From NCBI GenBank assembly GCA_012295275.1, contig CM022670.1, positions 30,256,001 through 30,320,000 of the forward strand: a stretch of DNA of 64,000 nucleotides, given 5' to 3'. Under the pieces are notes generated by a model. That model searched no databases, was not told the DNA's origin, and worked only from the letters and a program-made list of their open reading frames with translations. Below, one piece after another: positions 56,937 through 64,000 of the stretch; the stretch's first letter is position 1; each line of letters begins with the position of its first letter. The position numbers were made by a program, and so were the translations under genes. The stretch is from Chrysomallon squamiferum (taxonomy: Eukaryota > Animalia > Mollusca).

Positions 56937-57499
56937 GATGCTTTACGGTAAACAAAGTGTTGTTAACTAAGAAACATACCTTCCCTGAATTACACATAGT
57001 CCATCGTCAGCGTTAGTTTCATTAAACAGAACACTGAGGAAGAACCGATACTGAAATGAGATTTTTATTTCTACAAGTCGCAAAGCTTTAGACTAAGCCA
57101 CGATACTATTTATTTTACTTGTCTGGAGCTGACTTTTTTGTTGCTAATGAGTTAGTTTATGAATCTACAATATTATATATACTTTTATGTTGTTTTTCTT
57201 TTCGTTTTTTTTTTTTTCAGGAGGTAGTAATGGGTCTGCAGATTAGCATAGGAGTGATGAAAGTGTTGGACATGGCGCCTAGCTTCATCGACATGGCCAG
57301 TTTGCCTGTCATTGGTTCTGTGTTGGCCATTGCTGGTATAATCATGTATTTCGTCAGCGTGTTCAGCGAGAAGGATAAGACTCCACCACAAACACCGGCC
57401 GAGAAATTCATAATAGAAAACAGCAAACCCTTTCTGAAAACACTGAGAGATCCAAGCAAGAAATGGCTGGATAATTACAAGAAACACAATACCAAATAA
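52376..57499 (+). CDS. Uncharacterised protein of about 1328 aa with an internal Hint (intein-like) domain and a hydrophobic C-terminal helical region. Exons: 52376-52636, 53138-56433, 56666-56816, 57221-57499
   Basis: A 3.3-kb open exon plus three flanking exons join through canonical GT-AG sites in consistent phase (0, 2, 0). Hint motifs are G|CFLAGTKI (block A), FFTGDHAFLTQEGWKAIDP (block B TxxH), LEIGDSI, and VYGIQI...HANNYVAHAN (blocks F/G). Confidence 0.9.
53561..54022 (+). other. Hint / bacterial-intein-like domain (154 aa, about Cys229-Asn382 of the spliced protein)
   Basis: It starts at Cys after Gly, has the TxxH motif, and ends in HAN. There is no homing endonuclease insert, and the residue after the terminal Asn is Leu. 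Confidence 0.85.
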
Positions 57500-58335
57500 A
57501 CTAGTTGAACGTCTTCACTTCAGTGGCATATTAGAAATAAGTTTATTTAATTAATTAATTTATTATTATTATTATTATTATTTAGTACTACGATTCATTC
57601 TACTCTTACTACTGTTACTACTGCAAGGAATAATAATAATAATAACAGTAATACTGATAATTTTATATATTATACATATTTTGCAGATCTTTATTTTGAT
57701 TCTTCTTACGAAGAGATTTTAATTAATCAGTTTTATAACTTTTGTATTTTAGGAAAAGTCTTATAATCACTTGAAGCTTATACATTATGTATTTGGATTT
57801 TCTTTCAAACAATTATGTTAATAAAAATTAAAATATTAATAATTTACTGTTATAATTTGATTTGTTTATTTTATTATATCGTTCATCGATCATTCGCACA
57901 CAAAAAGAACATACTTATACGTATGTACACAGCCTATATTTCGTTCTTAAAAGTGGTTTATTAAATACTTTAGATGTTCGCACTGGTCAAATGAAAAACA
58001 AAACAACGCAGATGTAATGGCAACATTTAATATTCGGGTTAGTAAAAACACCCAGCGATAAAATGTTGGATCTATTTAACAATACTCGATCAGTCTAGTT
58101 TTAACGTTTAACAAACCAAAAGTCAACATTCACACATACTTTAGTGCAGACGTCACTGATCCAATGATTCAGTTTGAATCTAGTCGAGTTAGTTATTTGT
58201 TATTTAATAAAACAATAACTGGCAGCATTCGTAGCTAGCGAACACACTATTCCACACTCAAAATAAAACTATATACATATTAGTACATATTTAGACTGTC
58301 AGATATACACAGATACGCACACATGCACATATATA

Positions 58336-59100
58336 CAGTGGTACCTCGACTTACGAGTGCTCCAACTTACGAGTTTTTCGAGTTACGAGCAGTCGCTTGA
58401 TCGATTTTTTGCTTTGAGTTGCTAGCTAAAATCCGTGTTACGAGCGAGCTTCAGATACGCTGCCGTTAGTTGGCACAACGAACAACATAACATCCTCCCA
58501 GCTTCCCGTGTCTCACTCATTAGCTTCAAGTGGTTACCTCGCCGTGGAAGCATCTCTGTGCAGTATTTTGCTAAATTTCCATGGATCCTCACAAACTGAG
58601 AGCAAAGGACAGTACTGAGAAGAAGAAGCGGATGATGTCCATTGAATTAAAGCGTGAAACCATAGAAAAACATAAGTGAGTGTGCATGTAGTCAGCATGG
58701 CTAGACAGTACAAGTGCAGTACTTTTACGATATGTACCATTACTGAAGCAGAAGGAGTCGATAAAGACTATAATTCCAGCCAAAGGCGTAAAAGTAATTT
58801 CTAAGCTGCGGACCTCTGTCCATGAAACGAGGAAGAAACCCTAACCCTGTACACTTTACAAATCCAATTTATTTGTTTACATTCTCTTTTATTTTGTTTT
58901 TATAAAATATTTGTCATTTATACATACATTTCTCATATTCCAAAATTCGTTAGAAAAATTGGGGTGGTTTTTGCGAGACTGGAGCGGATTAATGGTATTT
59001 CAATTAATTTCATTTTGGAAAATTGATTTGATATACGATCAAATTTGAGTTGCTAGCTTGGTCACGGAACGAATTAAACACGTAAGTCAAGGTACCACTA
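58336..59100 (+). mobile_element. Tigger/pogo-family (Tc1-mariner superfamily) internally deleted DNA transposon
   Basis: TIRs are CAGTGGTACCTCGACTTACG ... CGTAAGTCAAGGTACCACT(A), with TA on the left flank. A disrupted transposase N-terminus (MDPHKL...KKKRMMSIELKRETIEKH...LARQYKCS...ICT.LKQKESIK) is TIGD1-like HTH. Confidence 0.85.
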
Positions 59101-59211
59101 TGCGTACATTTCGTTTATAAACTTATAAAACTGTTTAAATCTGTACTTCTTGATACATTCAAAAGTATTGTCTGTGTAATAATTTTCATTTTGCATTATG
59201 ATTTCCATTCA

Positions 59212-60210
59212 TTACTGACAATGATCTTCATGTTCTGATAAGTTAGGATCTGTCTTTGAAGCCTTTTGTCTTTCCAGAAAGTCATCCAAATAACTGAAAA
59301 GTGGCTGGTAATATCTCTCTCCGTTTATGTGATGTACGTAGTGTTTTCTAGCACCTCCCATCAGTTGAAAAGGCACAATGTGAGACAGACTGCACGGGAA
59401 GTCGTATCCGATGTGATTTTCCACCAGCAGCAACACAAATATGGGTACAAACACGGTTCTTGTCAGTGGGTGGCTATTAAACACTTTCAGAGCAGTATTG
59501 GCAGATAAAACTAATATTATTCGTTCCATCTGGGTTAACTTGTTGGTCACGTGACATTCTAGAACATCGTGACTATGGTGCCATTTATGGACCGTCTTGT
59601 ACAGCCAAGTATTGCGGTGAAGAAACAAATGTATGAAGAAAAAGAAAATGTCGTAAAGTGCTAGGCTTCCTAATATGTGGAACACAAGCTGTGCAAATGT
59701 TGGTGCGTCAGCCGGCAGGGCGCGAGTTATTTGAATTAATGACTTCCGTTTCACGTCCCAAACCCACGGTTCCACACCACAGTATTTCTTCACCATGAAC
59801 GTATCTAATATCATGAAAGATGTTGCGTACGTGACAGCTTCTAGAACCATTCCCAGAATACTCTGGGTACGATACTTAACCGATTTCTCAATTTTGTATT
59901 TGTCTAACCTCTGGAAACAGTCAACGAAATAAGGATACAAATTTATGAGCAGGTAACATGCCATTGTGAACCATGTTTCGAAATAAACTGAATTATAAAC
60001 CCATAGTGTCAGCAGATAATTCCAGAGTCTGTTGACTCCGATTTGCAGAACATCGTACCAGTACACACACAAGACAATTAGCTTTAGTATGAACATCCGA
60101 ATAACACTGACCAGAAAAGGCTTTGATAATGCTTCTTGTGTCGTCTGTATCCTATAAGCTTTCGTCTGCATTTTGAACTCTGATGTCTGCTTCCATAAAC
60201 GTGTAACCAT
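59212..60210 (-). CDS. Cholesterol 25-hydroxylase-like protein (fatty acid hydroxylase / sterol desaturase superfamily), intronless CDS
   Basis: The 332-aa ORF has TM segments and the di-iron histidine boxes HLFLH, HKWHH and ENH...HYVHH, plus the YYQPLFSYLD tail typical of CH25H/SC4MOL/ERG25 proteins. Confidence 0.9.
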   Translation of the reverse strand: MVTRLWKQTSEFKMQTKAYRIQTTQEALSKPFLVSVIRMFILKLIVLCVYWYDVLQIGVNRLWNYLLTLWVYNSVYFETWFTMACYLLINLYPYFVDCFQRLDKYKIEKSVKYRTQSILGMVLEAVTYATSFMILDTFMVKKYCGVEPWVWDVKRKSLIQITRALPADAPTFAQLVFHILGSLALYDIFFFFIHLFLHRNTWLYKTVHKWHHSHDVLECHVTNKLTQMERIILVLSANTALKVFNSHPLTRTVFVPIFVLLLVENHIGYDFPCSLSHIVPFQLMGGARKHYVHHINGERYYQPLFSYLDDFLERQKASKTDPNLSEHEDHCQ

Positions 60211-61220
60211 CTTGATACCAATTCAGTCAGTCCAGTTCCAAGCTATATCACGTGAAAATATGATATATGCATTAGTGTCACTTAAATTTTGGTACCATAC
60301 TATGTATTCAATGAGTATTTGTGGTGTTAATTTTAAAAATATTTTATTATTTGTATAGTTTTACTTGTTAGAAATAAGTATAATTATTATTAATTATTTT
60401 TGTATTACTGCGATATTTTGGTCTATGCTATATGTGTTTTGTTACTTGTGTTCATGTTGTGTAAATAATCCATACGTATGTCTGCGTATAGGTGTGTGTG
60501 TGCCACAGAGAGAGACAACTGTATATATATGTGTACATTATACTGTTTAATTACAGCTGTCAACGTGATGAGGAAATTATAACAAACAACCTTTAATCCA
60601 TTAAACATGAACAACATATAACTTTTATCTCCTTTTCTTAACTGGGTCGAATTATTTATGTTCATTTAATTTGAGGAAACATTATTATGTACATATAAAT
60701 AAGATTATCATCCGTAGGCTCGTAAAGATATGGTTCAACAAGCAGCTATCATGAATCAGAATACTTATAAATATTACATATATTACAATTGGATTTCCTG
60801 ACGTTTTGGCATTATGACATAGGAAGGTGACGAACGTTTCTCTTTCAGCAATATTTCACAAACCAATAAAATATATTTTTTGAAAATACACGTCATTAAA
60901 ACTTTCATAGCCTTTTCAAATAGTTTCGTTGAGTGGAGGTGTATTTGAAGGAAGATTAACACTAAAATACAATAAAATTTAATTTAGTTTAGATCAGTTA
61001 GTTACTAAACAACCAGTAACGATAACAACAAAAAGAAGTAAACAACTTTGTACTTAAGTTGAAATTTACAACTGTTCTAGAAAAGCCATGTTAAGCATAC
61101 GTTGAAATTATTATATCATTTATCATCATCATCATCATCATCATTATCATCATCATAATCATGATCAATAATGGTGAATCCAAAATTTCAGAAGAATTAT
61201 TGTTTGGGGGTATAATTTCT

Positions 61221-61279
<59 letters not shown>

Positions 61280-62482
61280 TAATATGGAAATAAAGAAAAA
61301 ACAAGAAAATAAAGGGTAAAAATGAAAAGAAAAAAAGAAAGAAAGAAAGAAAAAACACTGAGCATTGATATCGTTACAGGATACTAAGAAATATAATCAT
61401 TGCTAAAAGCCTGCGTGTTGTAAATTATTAATTATAATTTACATTACAACGTGTCAACAGTTTAAACAGATATACAATACCCTACGTCATATGTACACTT
61501 CAGATGTGTGTAATATTTCACAACTAAGAATCACAGTTGTGAACATAATCGGGGAATGACCTCGATAGGCTGATATAAAATTTCGTAATTCTCATCCGTC
61601 CACTGCCGCCGATGTCTACGTAAACCAATACATCATTGTTCATAAAAAGTTGCATAATTCTCAGTCATCTTTAGGAAAGATATGGGAACATGCGTCTAGC
61701 CGTTTCACACTGCAGCCTGGTGCACATGAGATCATTTGAATAATACAGAGTAGACTTTATTTAGAAAGGTTTGGGACATGTTATAACTGTTTATCACCGC
61801 AGTCCATGTCACACGACCACTTTATCAAAGTATACCTTCCCGGCTATGAGAAGGTGCATGTAAAAGATTTCTTCTGCTAACTATAACAAAACAGTGTTAA
61901 GATATTAATCTTAATCAATGTTTTTATTCATTTTTGTTACTTAAATAGAGCCATATATTTATTGTAGTGTTGTCAAAGTGAATCGATAGGACCATTACTA
62001 AAATATTTTAAGTACATACACGTACGTACATACCATAAGATTCTGATTACATTAAACGTAACTGTATATAAACTTTGCTTGCTCCCTGTTTTTTTTTTCT
62101 GTTTTTTCAAAGTATATAAAAATAGTTTTCTGCACATATTAAAATTTATTTAGTAACATTCTTTTTTATATATCCTCTTTCCAGTCAATAAATAATTATA
62201 AAAGCTATATACTCTTTAGAATTTAAAAATTAAAAATTATATTTCACTCTTATTTTTTTCATATATGATTTACATGTATATATCCTTTCCTCTGAGATGT
62301 CCATCGTCTGGTACTATTATATTAAGAAACTGTCATTCAAAAAACCAAACAAAAAACAAAACAAAGAGAATTACTGTCGTCATGTGCTTGTCATATCGAC
62401 AGCTTCAGAAATCAACACGTTATAGTATACACAAAGCATGAAGTATTACTTAGAAAAGCTATATAGACACTGCTTCTTTATG

Positions 62483-62526
<44 letters not shown>

Positions 62527-62673
62527 CTTACATCTAGACAAATTTATAACGTAAATGATATTTCGAGTAATACATCGAAAGTTTAATGAATATATTGAAC
62601 TATTCTACAGTCTCTTATATCTTTATATGTCTGTTGTTTATCCATCTATCTTAGTAGAGAGAGATGTTGATAG

Positions 62674-62721
<48 letters not shown>

Positions 62722-62902
62722 ACAAAGAGAGAGAGGCATCGTCAGTAACAGCAGTTGACACAGGCAACATGACACGAACTCGCTTTACAGTTCACTGCCA
62801 TGCAGCCATAATTAACTGTGTTACTGATAAATAATATCATAGCCGATAAGAGATATCATCTAAAATAATTTTTTTAAATGTTATTATCTACAAGACCCTT
62901 AC

Positions 62903-63200
62903 CTGAGTAGGCTAAAAACCATGCGCTGCACACCACAACCAGATTAACTGGTTTACAAACACTTCGCTTCGCCAATAGCCAGAAAAGAGTCCCGGCTTTG
63001 TGATAGAATAACCACGCCGGTTTTTAATCACGTGGCCATTTTAGTACAGTTCTGATTACGTTCGTCAATAAACCAGTTTACAATCGCGCGTTCTTTTTTA
63101 GAGCATGAACTAGTTCTGTCTCGTCGCTATGGTGAAATACTGTCCTCAATAAGCATATTGCTTCGGCTTGATCTGATGTGTTAATGTCAGTAGAAATGAA
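62903..63200 (-). promoter_or_regulatory. Possible non-coding first exon / promoter of the CH25H-like gene
   Basis: This CpG-rich patch has CACGTG and CCAAT motifs and ends in a strong minus-strand donor CAG|gtaagg (62901-62902). A matching acceptor (tatag, AG at 60243-60244) lies about 30 nt upstream of the ATG. The link between them is inferred. Confidence 0.3.
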
Positions 63201-64000
63201 CTGTAATATGGATGAACGAATTATAAAGGTTGTTCTAATGATATTTAATGTTGTAACAGATGTTAGAAATGTAATAAAATAATCGATGATAAATAATTGG
63301 CGTATAAACAAAAACCAGCAAAACGGTATTAGCATCAACAGAAGTTGCAACAACAGTAACAATAAAAATAAAAGTAGTGCTACTGGTAGTAGTAATAGTA
63401 GAGTGGTGGCGGTCGTCACTGTGTTTAAATGATGATGGAGTATGTTTATATTATATATACTGAAATACGCGCATAATACATATGCACAAATTCACACACA
63501 TACCCACAATAACACATTTACACAAATAATTATATACACATATACAAATACAAACGAAGAAAATGTATCTTAAAGTCTACAAAGTTTTCCTTTTTCCATG
63601 GTAACCTTTATCTGTTTACAGTTAATGGGAAAGAAATTTATCTTTGTTTATGACGTATAATGTAAGCATAGATTATTGTTAAGTCAAATATAAGTATGTA
63701 GTTAGCTAGATAGATAGTAAGACTGACTGACTAATCAGCTGATAGATAACTATATAATAACGTTGATGATGATGATGTGTGACGATAATAATAATAATAA
63801 TAAACCAAAAAAATTAGTCTATTAATTAATTTATTAAATAAATAAATAAATAAATAAATAGCGGTATATTTTAAAATACATCATTTTGTTTTATTATTAT
63901 TATTTTATTATCATTATTTATTTATTTATAGATAGATAGATAGATAATTTGACTGACTGACTGATCAACTGATATATAACAACCATATAATAAGGTTGTT

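Noticed and set aside
53134-57487. Minus-strand ORFs (53134-53409, 54979-55491, 57185-57487) and similar antisense ORFs over the receptor and CH25H-like gene
   Set aside because: They are antisense shadows of real coding exons with no independent motifs.
52376-57499. Calling the Hint gene hedgehog, a true mobile intein, or bacterial contamination
   Set aside because: It has no signal peptide, Hedge or sterol-recognition region, no +1 C/S/T and no endonuclease. It has spliceosomal introns and a local paralog.
63078-63419. 113-aa minus ORF with a Leu-rich, signal-like N-terminus
   Set aside because: The N-terminus derives from a low-complexity trinucleotide tract and no domain is recognisable.

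Overview
This is AT-rich, microsatellite-dense animal genomic DNA, probably from an invertebrate such as a mollusc (inferred from composition only). It holds four genes and one pseudogene. (1) The 5' part of a large minus-strand gene with an N-terminal Shroom/SYNPO2-type PDZ domain has exons at 29142-29264 and 17504-17649 and a candidate alternative first exon at 7041-7117; its body is visibly CpG-depleted. (2) A complete 16-exon type I cytokine receptor (gp130/Domeless-like) lies at 36890-46635 (+). (3) A complete 4-exon gene of about 1328 aa at 52376-57499 (+) carries an internal intein-like Hint domain and a hydrophobic, multi-helix C-terminus; this is the most unusual item. (4) A degraded head-to-head paralog of gene 3 lies at 47923-51095 (-). 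Between the two copies is a near-perfect 161-bp-arm hairpin built from a ~26-bp repeat that resembles their own exon 1 splice donor. (5) An intronless cholesterol 25-hydroxylase-like gene lies at 59212-60210 (-). The window also has Tigger-, MULE- and hAT-type transposon remnants and a 36-bp minisatellite. All exon structures were assembled by hand from GT-AG sites and phase consistency; no database search was run.
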